A stretch of 61,120 nt of DNA, from NCBI GenBank assembly GCA_038064855.1, contig JBBTSE010000005.1, positions 1 through 61,120 of the forward strand, written 5' to 3'. The position numbers and the translations under genes were made by a program. The stretch comes from Patescibacteria group bacterium. Lineage in GTDB: Bacteria > Patescibacteriota > Minisyncoccia > Ryanbacterales > GWA2-47-10b. Positions 36,356 through 44,989 of the stretch are shown here, one piece after another; position 1 is the first letter of the stretch; the number at the start of each line of letters is the position of its first letter. The notes beneath the pieces are model-generated. The model had not been told where the DNA came from, made no database searches, and saw only the letters and a list, made by a program, of their open reading frames with translations.

Positions 36356-38833
36356 TTAGGGTGCCGGCGGTGGTGCGGCAGGGGGCGTCGCAGGTGGCGC
36401 ACCGGGGGCGGCAAACTGGCCGGTGTTTACATCGCGGCGAGAGAGAGGGGTGCCATCAACAATAAGACTGCGTGCAGGAGCTGATTTCATAAGTTTCAGA
36501 AGATTCGTGTTGATGAGGTAGTCGCGCGACACATCTGATTCTTTATATTTACCCGCTCTATCTGCTGTACTAAGTTTCTCAAACTCTGCATCGGGGAGGA
36601 CGCCATCAAGAAAATCTTCAAGATCTTTGCCGGTCTTGCCGACTTTGCGCTCAAGAGATTCTTTGATGGCATTTGCATTTTCACCCGTTTGTGCCACGCG
36701 GCGCATGTCATTTGCAGAAAAGCTCTTAAACATAACATCTTCAAAGTAAGGGTTATTGATCGAATCTGGTTTGAGTTTGGTGAGTTGCTTCTCATCCATA
36801 TTCGAAACGCGGTCGTTGACCAATTTTTGGTAGGCCTGCTGTTCAGAGGTGGGCGCTTTTGGATCATAGGTGCCTGGTGGTGCTTCAACACCATGAAGAA
36901 TCTTGATGGATCCCGCAACACTATTAATCTCTTTCGTAAGATTTTCAAATGCTTCGCGCGCATCCGGATCGATGATATCATGCGAGTTCTGGAGTTTTTC
37001 GGTATCAACTTTGTTTTTGATAGCTGCGCGCTGGAAATATTGGTCGCCTTCGATAGTTCCCTTGCGTAGTTTGGCCAGGTCTTTTTCTCCGAGACTCTTC
37101 ACATATTTATCTACATTATCTTGGTACATCTTTGTTTCCGCATCGCTCGTTTTTCCTTTGACGGGCTTTTCGTCACCATGTAAGATCTTCATCGCTTGCT
37201 CGACACTACCTGATGCGATGGCCACTTGGCGTTCGTAGTCTTTATTCGGATCAGTTGAATGGATTGATTTTGCAAACGCTACCTGCTGGCTCGTGTTCAT
37301 CTCCTGGACCGTGCGCGCTTTTTGCTTTTCATCCATTGTTTCAAATGCCTTTGCTTTTCCTCGAGCATTCAGCGTGGTCATGAGTGAGGCGGCGGCTCGA
37401 GGTTCGAGTCCCTTCACGCGTGTTGCTTGTTGATCCGCCATCTTTGCGCGTTCAGCATCACGCTTTTGAATCGCCGCCCCCGGTACGCGGAGTGCCTGTC
37501 TGGCCAATGGTACGCGCGCGAGCGCTCGTCCCACGGCGGTGTTGGAGACTTTTTCCGACGCCCAGCCAGCAGGTCGGAGCGCACTTTCGTAGAGTGCGCG
37601 GTTGCCCAATGATTTACCCTTGCCGGCAAGATATTTGCTTGCCGCTGTTGCCGCTCCCGCTCCGCTGATACTCATCTTCTGTGCTACCAAAAGACCGCCC
37701 ACCACAAACATAGTAAGGATGGCAAAATTGAGTATAAGTTGGATCTTTTGAGTAAACAGACTTGCGCCAGTCGCCGCCCACTGACTATTGGAAAACATTG
37801 CACCCGCTAAACCATCTTTGTCAGCATTCACCATCTTTGCGATGACGCCGTACTTGATGGCGGTGATACTGATATAGAGCGTGAACATAAATGCAGGGTA
37901 GAAAAACGCGTGCTTAAAGAGAGTTTCAAACCATTCACCTGATATACTTGAGGTTTTCGGCAATACCCAAAAGAGAAACGCAAACGGAGCTAAAATAAGT
38001 ACGAACCACAAGACGACGATGCGGGTGATGAGCATGGCCATGGCGGCCACAAGCACAATAGAGACGACAACAATAAGTATAATGGCAAAAATCTCAGCAA
38101 TAATGATATCAATGAGGGTGTCGGCAAGTTCGGAGGCAGCTGGTTTTGGTGCATCAGGGGCTCGCATAAGAAGTTTTGACGGATGAAACCCACTGATAAG
38201 TGTCGTCGATATATCAAGTGTTTTGTGTGTTGTGTCTATAGTTCCATCAGGATTTTTTGCAAAATTACCGATTTCCCTATCTTCGCTGGTCGACATGTTG
38301 ATATAAAAGGTATTTCCAAGGGCATTAGAAAAGTCGATGATCAAACCGGCGATAGGCAAGCTAAAGTTGACCAGCAATGCTGAGACGATAAGCTTCCAAA
38401 GAAGCGTTTTCATGCCGTACGAATCGTAACGGATGATGGTGGCGATAGATATGATGAGCAGGAAGAAAATATAGAAAATATTTGCTACATCGCGTGCAAT
38501 TATCCAACCCACATTTACCATCGGTTGGTTGTGGAAGGCGCCGTTTTGTATCACCAGCACCATATTGAAAAGTTTTGCGATTGCCCACAGGAGCCATGAC
38601 GCAAATTGTACAAATAGATAAGCGATTCGCGCGAAGAAATATGACGCGCAAAGCCCAAGATTAGCAGGCATGAAGAAGTTCAATCCAGCAGAGGCGCAGG
38701 CATCGCTCAGGTTGTCGAGTCCGCTATGTTCTGCCTTTGGTTCCGCGGCCAGTGCTGGTAACGCCCCCAATAAAAGAACAAGTGCGACAAGCGCGAGAGA
38801 TGTGATCAGTATGATGCGAAGTTTTTTGTTCAT
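36356..38833 (-). CDS. VirB6/TrbL-like polytopic membrane protein with long repeat-containing C-terminal domain and Pro/Ala tail
   Basis: Signal/TM start, at least 7 hydrophobic segments over ~400 aa, then ~400 aa soluble with two related segments starting KILHG..., ending APGAPPATPPAAPPPAP. Confidence 0.55.
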   Translation of the reverse strand: MNKKLRIILITSLALVALVLLLGALPALAAEPKAEHSGLDNLSDACASAGLNFFMPANLGLCASYFFARIAYLFVQFASWLLWAIAKLFNMVLVIQNGAFHNQPMVNVGWIIARDVANIFYIFFLLIISIATIIRYDSYGMKTLLWKLIVSALLVNFSLPIAGLIIDFSNALGNTFYINMSTSEDREIGNFAKNPDGTIDTTHKTLDISTTLISGFHPSKLLMRAPDAPKPAASELADTLIDIIIAEIFAIILIVVVSIVLVAAMAMLITRIVVLWFVLILAPFAFLFWVLPKTSSISGEWFETLFKHAFFYPAFMFTLYISITAIKYGVIAKMVNADKDGLAGAMFSNSQWAATGASLFTQKIQLILNFAILTMFVVGGLLVAQKMSISGAGAATAASKYLAGKGKSLGNRALYESALRPAGWASEKVSNTAVGRALARVPLARQALRVPGAAIQKRDAERAKMADQQATRVKGLEPRAAASLMTTLNARGKAKAFETMDEKQKARTVQEMNTSQQVAFAKSIHSTDPNKDYERQVAIASGSVEQAMKILHGDEKPVKGKTSDAETKMYQDNVDKYVKSLGEKDLAKLRKGTIEGDQYFQRAAIKNKVDTEKLQNSHDIIDPDAREAFENLTKEINSVAGSIKILHGVEAPPGTYDPKAPTSEQQAYQKLVNDRVSNMDEKQLTKLKPDSINNPYFEDVMFKSFSANDMRRVAQTGENANAIKESLERKVGKTGKDLEDFLDGVLPDAEFEKLSTADRAGKYKESDVSRDYLINTNLLKLMKSAPARSLIVDGTPLSRRDVNTGQFAAPGAPPATPPAAPPPAP

Positions 38834-38842
38834 AACATTCTA

Positions 38843-39790
38843 TCAGTTTCGTACTTCATCAAATCCTCTTTTAATCGCACCCTGAATAGCCGCACTCACC
38901 GTCTCGGCTATAAGTTCGGATATTTCATCGGCGGCCATCAACCCTTCCATGTTTGAAGAGATAGAGGGCCTGACCGCATCAGCGACCGCTTGACCGACGG
39001 TTCTGCTTTTGTATTTTTTGCATACTCGTTCAATTTCAGTCGATCCTTCCTCGCTCGAATAAGGTGCCTCAGTTTCTTCCCATTCAATACATTCGCGTAC
39101 GGGTTTATATCCTTGGCCGGTTTCGGTTTCAAGTCGGACATCGCCCTTGCGTATATCCGCACGGTACATCTGCTCTTCAAAGAGTTTGAGTTGAAATCCT
39201 ATAGCATTGTTGTTGCTATTGCGCATTTGGAACCAGTTATCAAACCCGCCCGATTCAAAATTGTCGGTAAATCGTTCGAGGTTGCCTACTGCATCGTTGA
39301 TCGTACATCCAGCACCAAATCCCCGTTGCCTACGGTAGTTACCCAGCTCAAAGATAAGGTCAGGACCAAAATCTTGGCAGAAAAAATCATCATCTTGTCC
39401 TAATGTGTTAGCAAGCTCTGCGAGTAAGGCGCCCGACGCCTCATCTCCTACCTCGGAGAAGTACTGACCGGGGTTTTGTACAAAGAGTGGCCCGCCACCC
39501 TCAAATCCGCCTGCCATCCACGAGAGTGTGTCTGCGATAAGTGCCTCTTTGATTTGGGAAACCGCCAATTTCACCGCCGTATCAATGAAATATTCTTTAT
39601 ACCAGAGTGCCTCCGTAGAGTCTGATGTGAGGGAATTATACGCCTCTTGTATGACGGTGCTTATCTCATTGAGAATATCGAAGACAACATCCATAAAGTC
39701 TTCAACGATGGTCGCATTGGCTGGCTGAGCGTTACCAAGAAAAAGACTAAAGCAAAGCGCTATGCCGATGATGTACTTTGCGTATCTCAT
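38843..39790 (-). CDS. Hypothetical secreted protein
   Basis: Signal peptide MRYAKYIIGIALCFSLFLGNAQPANA. No family recognised. Confidence 0.5.
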   Translation of the reverse strand: MRYAKYIIGIALCFSLFLGNAQPANATIVEDFMDVVFDILNEISTVIQEAYNSLTSDSTEALWYKEYFIDTAVKLAVSQIKEALIADTLSWMAGGFEGGGPLFVQNPGQYFSEVGDEASGALLAELANTLGQDDDFFCQDFGPDLIFELGNYRRQRGFGAGCTINDAVGNLERFTDNFESGGFDNWFQMRNSNNNAIGFQLKLFEEQMYRADIRKGDVRLETETGQGYKPVRECIEWEETEAPYSSEEGSTEIERVCKKYKSRTVGQAVADAVRPSISSNMEGLMAADEISELIAETVSAAIQGAIKRGFDEVRN

Positions 39791-40782
39791 GAGGTCGGCT
39801 TGGTGAAATAATATTTTGCGTAGTGAGAGTCTTGATCGGTGAAGACAATGTTTTGCTTCTGTGTTGTTTCCCGTGCTGTGTTGATAATCTTTACGCCGTC
39901 TTGTACGAGCAATACATAGTGTTGCATGCCGATTGTTCCCAAAATCGGATCGGTATCCAAGAGAGATATATGGTGAATGGCAAGCGCTGTGTTTGCCATG
40001 AAATTCATGAACGAAAGATGAAACTCACTCAGTTCACCGGGCACGGGTACTCCCTTGAGCTCTGATGCAAATCCGGCATACTTTGAGCGAAAGCCTGCGA
40101 TACGCGCCAATGTCTCCTCACGCTCCTCATCGCTCATGGCGGTACCATCTCTATTTTTTTTCTCGAGGAGCCCACGGAAGATTTCTACTCCCCCGATTTT
40201 TTCACCTACTTTTTGTTTGAGCGGAAAATATTTTTCTCCTATGCGACCTACAGTGTTAAAGTATGTTTTTGGATCCGAGGACGCGCTGATGCGTAGATCA
40301 TTTTTGGTATAAGGGTTCCGTTGATCGAGGATTTTTTCAGTCGCCGCGATAGTGTTGTTGGTAACCTCATTTTTTATCGATTCGTTAAAATCATCTTTGG
40401 TAAGGGTGCCGGTTTCTTTGACACGCGCCTCCATGTATTGAGAAAGGCTTCGTTCGAGCTCCATGGTTGGTAGGGTCAGCGTACCGTCTTTATCAAGAAT
40501 CTCATTTTGAAATGCCAAGGTACTCGCACGGTCAAGGCCATCGAGGATGCCGTTGCCGTCAGAGTCGGGGTTTTGGGGGTCGGTTCCCGCGATAAGCTCC
40601 TCCCAATCTTTGAGACCATCACCATCAGTATCGCGCTGGCTCGTCGGGTCGATTACTTGTGCCCGTATCGAGCTCTTGGCCGCTAGTTTTTCTCCCCTAC
40701 CAGAGGCGAAAAAGACCATACCACCGGCCGCAAGGATGGCTAGAAACAAAAAGACTAGTTTTTTTGAGGGAAGATAATTCAA
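39787..40782 (-). CDS. Membrane-anchored protein with thrombospondin type-3-like Ca-binding repeats
   Basis: N-terminal TM. DTDGDGLKDWEELIAGTDPQNPDSDGNGILDG matches the DxDxDG repeat pattern. First gene of the cluster. Confidence 0.55.
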   Translation of the reverse strand: MNYLPSKKLVFLFLAILAAGGMVFFASGRGEKLAAKSSIRAQVIDPTSQRDTDGDGLKDWEELIAGTDPQNPDSDGNGILDGLDRASTLAFQNEILDKDGTLTLPTMELERSLSQYMEARVKETGTLTKDDFNESIKNEVTNNTIAATEKILDQRNPYTKNDLRISASSDPKTYFNTVGRIGEKYFPLKQKVGEKIGGVEIFRGLLEKKNRDGTAMSDEEREETLARIAGFRSKYAGFASELKGVPVPGELSEFHLSFMNFMANTALAIHHISLLDTDPILGTIGMQHYVLLVQDGVKIINTARETTQKQNIVFTDQDSHYAKYYFTKPTS

Positions 40783-40863
40783 AACGCAAGCGTATACCCC
40801 TCACAAAGGGCATTTCGCTATATATAGTATACACCTCTTATTTCTCAATGATTTTCGCGTTTG

Positions 40864-40872
40864 TGTGGATAA
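40864..40872 (-). promoter_or_regulatory. Perfect DnaA-box consensus (TGTGGATAA on plus = TTATCCACA on minus)
   Basis: Exact 9-mer in the 107-bp spacer upstream of the T4SS-like cluster. It sits just upstream of a candidate TTGAGA-16-TATATA promoter on the minus strand. Confidence 0.35.
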
Positions 40873-40889
40873 GATGGTGTTTTTTGCCC

Positions 40890-41663
40890 TTATCCTTTCG
40901 CGATCTCGCCCCACTCTTCGAGCGTAAGGTGTTGAGGGCGTTTATCTGATGCAATACCGAGGGTATTGCTCAATTTTTTGCGTTTACTGCCAAAAGCTTT
41001 TTTTGCGAGTTCGAAAAAATGTTTTGGATCGATGTCGCGCTCACGAAAAAATGCATCCGATATGTCGGTGATGGCGATAACGGCCGAATCAACTGCGGGT
41101 TGTGGTTTAAAATAGGTTCGCGAGACTCGTTTTGCGATGCGTGGCTTGCCGTAGACCTGTACCGACAGCCCCAAAAGATTCATATCGGGCGGTTCGGCAG
41201 TGATGCGTCGGGCTACCTCATACTGCACCATGAGCACAATGGTCTCGGGTCGCGCGACGCCCGCGGGTGGTTCCAAAAAAGTGCGTAAAATCTTTGCGGT
41301 GATGTAGTACGGAATGTTTGCGACGAGTTTATAGTGCGCAGGAAGGATACTCGCGAGATCAACTTTGAGTATGTCGCCCTCGATAACTTCGAGTTTTGTT
41401 TTTGAAAAATTGTCGCGCATATGTGTGACAAGGCGCGGGTCTTTTTCAACCGCGATGATGCGTCCCGCGCGTGTTGAAAGTTTTTCGGTCAACACTCCTT
41501 TACCAGGGCCAATCTCTAAGATAGTATCAGTCGGTTTGATGTCAGCGGCATCCGCGATAAAACCTGCCACATCAGGAGAGCGCAAAAAGTGTTGCCCCAT
41601 AAGGGTATTTGCCCGAAACGGCTTTTCTTGCACGCTAGAAGATGTCGATAGATTCTTCTTCAT
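40890..41663 (-). CDS. rsmA: 16S rRNA (adenine1518/1519-N6)-dimethyltransferase RsmA/KsgA
   Basis: GQHFL, SAM-binding ILEIGPGKGVLT, NIPYYIT motif. Start set at MKKNL (41663) to limit overlap with the upstream helicase gene; the track ORF extends to 41750. Confidence 0.85.
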   Translation of the reverse strand: MKKNLSTSSSVQEKPFRANTLMGQHFLRSPDVAGFIADAADIKPTDTILEIGPGKGVLTEKLSTRAGRIIAVEKDPRLVTHMRDNFSKTKLEVIEGDILKVDLASILPAHYKLVANIPYYITAKILRTFLEPPAGVARPETIVLMVQYEVARRITAEPPDMNLLGLSVQVYGKPRIAKRVSRTYFKPQPAVDSAVIAITDISDAFFRERDIDPKHFFELAKKAFGSKRKKLSNTLGIASDKRPQHLTLEEWGEIAKG

Positions 41664-43590
41664 ATGATGAATCTTGCGGTACCCGGTGCGCGAGGTCAAT
41701 GCCCGATATAAGGTGCTCGGGTATCTCTGATAAAAATCTCGAAGGATCATTGAACGAAGTTTCTCCCCACAACATGCGCCGGCGCGTGAGCGTGATCATC
41801 ACTTTTTCGCGCGCGCGCGTGACTGCTACATAAAAAAGTCTGCGTTCTTCTTCAATCTCGCTCGGCGTTTGCGAAAGACTATGTGGAAATAATCCTTCTT
41901 CAAGTCCTGCGATCACTACTACATCAAATTCCAAACCTTTTGCCGCGTGCGCGGTCAGTAAAATCACTTGCGAGTCTTTGTCTTCGACTTCAGTATCTTG
42001 AGTGGCGAGCGATGCCTCGGACAAAAGTCGCTCGATGCCCTCGGGCGGCGCGAGTGTATCAAATTTTTTAGCAACGCTTAAAAGCTCTTTTACATTTTCT
42101 TGCCTGTCTACTTCCAGCTTATTGCCTTTGTAGTACGACTCAAACCCCGCCCGTTTGATAACAGTCGTGAGTGCCTCGGTCGCATTTTTTTTCGTCACCG
42201 CACCTTTAATATCTTCCATGATGGCTAGAAAGGCGTTTATTTTTACCTCCTCTGCTTTGGTCAGTACGGCCCCCGCAAAATGCTTGAGCATGAGTACTTT
42301 GCCGATTCCGCGTGCCGGAGTGTTCAAAATACGCTTTTTTGAGAGCATATCGTCGGGATTAAGGGCATATTTGAGGTATCCGAGCACATCTTTGATCTCT
42401 TTGCGCTCATAAAACTTAACCCCCGCAATAAGGCGATAGCTGATATTGCGCTTCAGAAACGCTTCTTCGATTGCGCGTGATTGGGCATTGGTGCGAAAAA
42501 GCACGGCAATCTCACCTGGTTTGACCCCCCGTTCAGTCAAAGCCTTGATATATTCGGCGATAAACATACCTTCTTGCTTCTCATTTTCGAGTACACATAG
42601 TCCAAGCTGTTCCCCCTCGGTTTTTGTCGATCGCAAGGTCTTTTCTTTACGCTCGGTATTGTTGGTAATAACCGCGTTTGCGGCCTCCAGTATAGCTTTT
42701 GTTGATCGATAGTTATTCTCAAGGGTGATAATCTTCGTCCCCTGCCAATCGAGCTCAAACTGCAGGATATTGCGCCAATCAGCCCCGCGCCACGAGTAAA
42801 TCGCCTGATCGATGTCGCCTACTACCGCGATATTGCGGTGACGCGTGGCAAGCAGGCGCGAGAGGATATATTGGGCTTTATTGGTGTCCTGATACTCGTC
42901 AATATGGATATAGTGCCAGCGTTCTTCATAGTAGGCACGAACCTCGTCAGATGACTGCAAGAGCATGACGGTTTTCATTAAAAGATCATCGAAATCAAGG
43001 CCTTTTACCCTCATAAGGCGCGCCTCGTAGGCAGCATAGAGTTGGCGTAGTGTGCGTTGAAATGGGCTATTGTCGTCAGTTTGGGCGAAGGTAGAGGCGT
43101 CAATCATCTCTTGTTTGAGGCTCGATATGGCGTTTTTGATGCGCGGTGGGGTATAGGTATCAGGGTCCAGCTCAAACTCAACAATGAGATCTTTGAGTAT
43201 TTGGCGCGTATCTTCTTCATCGAGAATAGTGAAATAGCGCGGTATACCGATAGCGCGACCATGATTTTTGAGTATATAAACGCCGAGCGAGTGAAAGGTA
43301 CCGATAAAGGGCTCGTGACCCTCATGAATACGGATATGCTCGCGCCCCAAAAGAGCATAGATCCGCTCACGCATCTCGCCCGCCGCTTTATTGGTGAAGG
43401 TAACCGCCAAGACTTTTTCGGCAGAAGTCCCCGATTGGATGATGTGGGCGACGCGGTGCGCAACCGTTTTGGTTTTACCTGATCCGGCGCCGGCGATTAT
43501 CAGCAAAGGGCCGTCTTTTGCCAAAACTGCCTCTTTTTGCGCCTCATTGAGCCCATCGGTGATTGCCATAGACCGAGTATAGGGGGGCAT
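41635..43590 (-). CDS. pcrA: UvrD/PcrA-family ATP-dependent DNA helicase
   Basis: LNEAQKEAV, Walker A AGAGSGKTKT, DEYQDTN, helicase motifs III-VI (VGDIDQAIYSWRGA, TAHAAKGLEFD, YVAVTRAR). Confidence 0.9.
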   Translation of the reverse strand: MPPYTRSMAITDGLNEAQKEAVLAKDGPLLIIAGAGSGKTKTVAHRVAHIIQSGTSAEKVLAVTFTNKAAGEMRERIYALLGREHIRIHEGHEPFIGTFHSLGVYILKNHGRAIGIPRYFTILDEEDTRQILKDLIVEFELDPDTYTPPRIKNAISSLKQEMIDASTFAQTDDNSPFQRTLRQLYAAYEARLMRVKGLDFDDLLMKTVMLLQSSDEVRAYYEERWHYIHIDEYQDTNKAQYILSRLLATRHRNIAVVGDIDQAIYSWRGADWRNILQFELDWQGTKIITLENNYRSTKAILEAANAVITNNTERKEKTLRSTKTEGEQLGLCVLENEKQEGMFIAEYIKALTERGVKPGEIAVLFRTNAQSRAIEEAFLKRNISYRLIAGVKFYERKEIKDVLGYLKYALNPDDMLSKKRILNTPARGIGKVLMLKHFAGAVLTKAEEVKINAFLAIMEDIKGAVTKKNATEALTTVIKRAGFESYYKGNKLEVDRQENVKELLSVAKKFDTLAPPEGIERLLSEASLATQDTEVEDKDSQVILLTAHAAKGLEFDVVVIAGLEEGLFPHSLSQTPSEIEEERRLFYVAVTRAREKVMITLTRRRMLWGETSFNDPSRFLSEIPEHLISGIDLAHRVPQDSSYEEESIDIF

Positions 43591-43724
43591 TACATATAAA
43601 GAAAGCTCCCCATAAAAGCCAAATAATCGTTTATAGATAAGGATAAATGTTATACCTTACCTATCCACAAACACTTCCATAAAATGCCAAAATGGGGTAA
43701 AATAGGCAGACAATAGGAACATCT

Positions 43725-44753
43725 ATGAGACTCATACTACGGCATCTTTTTGTTTTTGCGGTAGCGGCAACGCTTGTCGCACCGCTCTCCGCGTCCGCTT
43801 TTAGTATCGGCGGTTTTTTTAGAAGTATTTTTGGAGTATCTGAGGCAAACGAAGTGACGCGTGAGCGGCTCGAGCCAGTGCCTGACCCAGTACAAAAACC
43901 ATTTCCTTTTTTATCATCAGAAGCACCAGCCGATCCACATCAGATTGATACACAGATTGTTGATGATACCGCTATCGCCTCATCAGTAGGCCCGCTGGGC
44001 AATGTAGCAGAGGCCGCCGAGAGTAGCATCTCATATAAAATTTCTACCTACACGGTGCGCAAGGGCGATACTTTGACGCTTATCGCAAAAACATTTGATG
44101 TCTCAGATCAGACGATTCGCTGGGCAAACAATATTCCCAAAGGCGGCAAGATTAAAGAGGGCGATGTGCTGGTTATCTTGCCGGTATCGGGCGTAAAACA
44201 TACCGTCAAAAAAGGTGAAACGGTAGCGACGATTGCCAAAAAATATGGTGGTGATCCCGATGACATCGTAGACTTTAATGATTTAGATCCAAAAGACGCG
44301 CTCGAAGTAGGTGCCATTGTGCTCGTGCCTGATGGAGAAGTCACCGAAGTATCAGCGCCTTCAACGCCATCACGCCCCGCAGTTGTTCGTGGCAGTGGCC
44401 CCGAACTCGTCGGTTATTACTTGCGCCCGCTCGCCGGTGGTACACGCTCGCGCGGTATTCACGGGTATAACGGTATTGATATCGCAGCCCTTCGCGGTAC
44501 GCCCGTGCGCGCGTCAGCGGCAGGCACCGTTATCATCGCGCGCGGTTCGGGTTGGAATGGTGGATACGGTAGCTATGTGGTAATTGCGCATGCAAACGGT
44601 ACGCAGACTCTGTATGCTCACCTCAGCGCGGTAAATATTTTAGTCGGAGAATCAGTCGGGCAAGGAGAAACCATCGGCGCGGTAGGCTCAACCGGTAAAT
44701 CAACTGGCAATCACCTACACTTCGAAGTCCGCGGTGCGAAGAATCCTTTCTAA
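43725..44753 (+). CDS. LysM-domain M23 family metallopeptidase
   Basis: Signal peptide, two LysM repeats (YTVRKGDTLTLIAKTF.., HTVKKGETVATIAKKY..), M23 motifs HGYNGIDIA, GSTGKSTGNHLHFEV. Confidence 0.9.
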   Translation: MRLILRHLFVFAVAATLVAPLSASAFSIGGFFRSIFGVSEANEVTRERLEPVPDPVQKPFPFLSSEAPADPHQIDTQIVDDTAIASSVGPLGNVAEAAESSISYKISTYTVRKGDTLTLIAKTFDVSDQTIRWANNIPKGGKIKEGDVLVILPVSGVKHTVKKGETVATIAKKYGGDPDDIVDFNDLDPKDALEVGAIVLVPDGEVTEVSAPSTPSRPAVVRGSGPELVGYYLRPLAGGTRSRGIHGYNGIDIAALRGTPVRASAAGTVIIARGSGWNGGYGSYVVIAHANGTQTLYAHLSAVNILVGESVGQGETIGAVGSTGKSTGNHLHFEVRGAKNPF

Positions 44754-44776
44754 AAAATATTTAGTTAAAATAAAAA

Positions 44777-44805
44777 ACTCCGCTTAATGCGGAGTTTTTA
44801 TATAA
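44777..44805 (+). terminator. Rho-independent terminator
   Basis: ACTCCGC-ttaat-GCGGAGT followed by TTTTTAT. Confidence 0.75.
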
Positions 44806-44989
44806 GAGACTTTAGAGGAACCAATAATTTATATAGCAGAGAATCTGAACAGCCAATCGAAAAAAATCTTGCTGGATATGTCTGAGTAAATTATTGGCTT
44901 TTCTAAAGCCTTGAGGACCCGCATGCAGGTCGAGAAATTTTCTCTATGTAGTATATACAGTATAGCATCTCTATACTTATTTGTCAATA

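Larger units (their letters stand above)
29062..40782 (-). other. Type IV secretion-like gene cluster (11 co-directional, tightly packed genes)
   Basis: Contains T4SS_pilin/VirB2-like, VirB4-like ATPase, PrgI/VirB3-like and VirB6/TrbL-like polytopic proteins plus seven secreted or membrane hypothetical proteins. Gaps are 0-10 nt or overlaps. Confidence 0.75.

Noticed and set aside
43621-43724. DnaA-box-like words (CTATCCACA 8/9, AGGATAAAT) upstream of the M23 peptidase gene as a second origin-like site
   Set aside because: These are only imperfect matches, with no adjacent dnaA/dnaN context or pronounced AT-rich unwinding element. They are treated as chance or ordinary promoter sequence.
44821-44897. 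11-bp perfect inverted repeat CCAATAATTTA ... TAAATTATTGG separated by 55 nt in the M23-comM spacer (MITE or sRNA?)
   Set aside because: It is AT-rich and short, with no flanking direct repeats, no second copy seen in the window, and no promoter or terminator context. This is not enough to call a mobile element or RNA.
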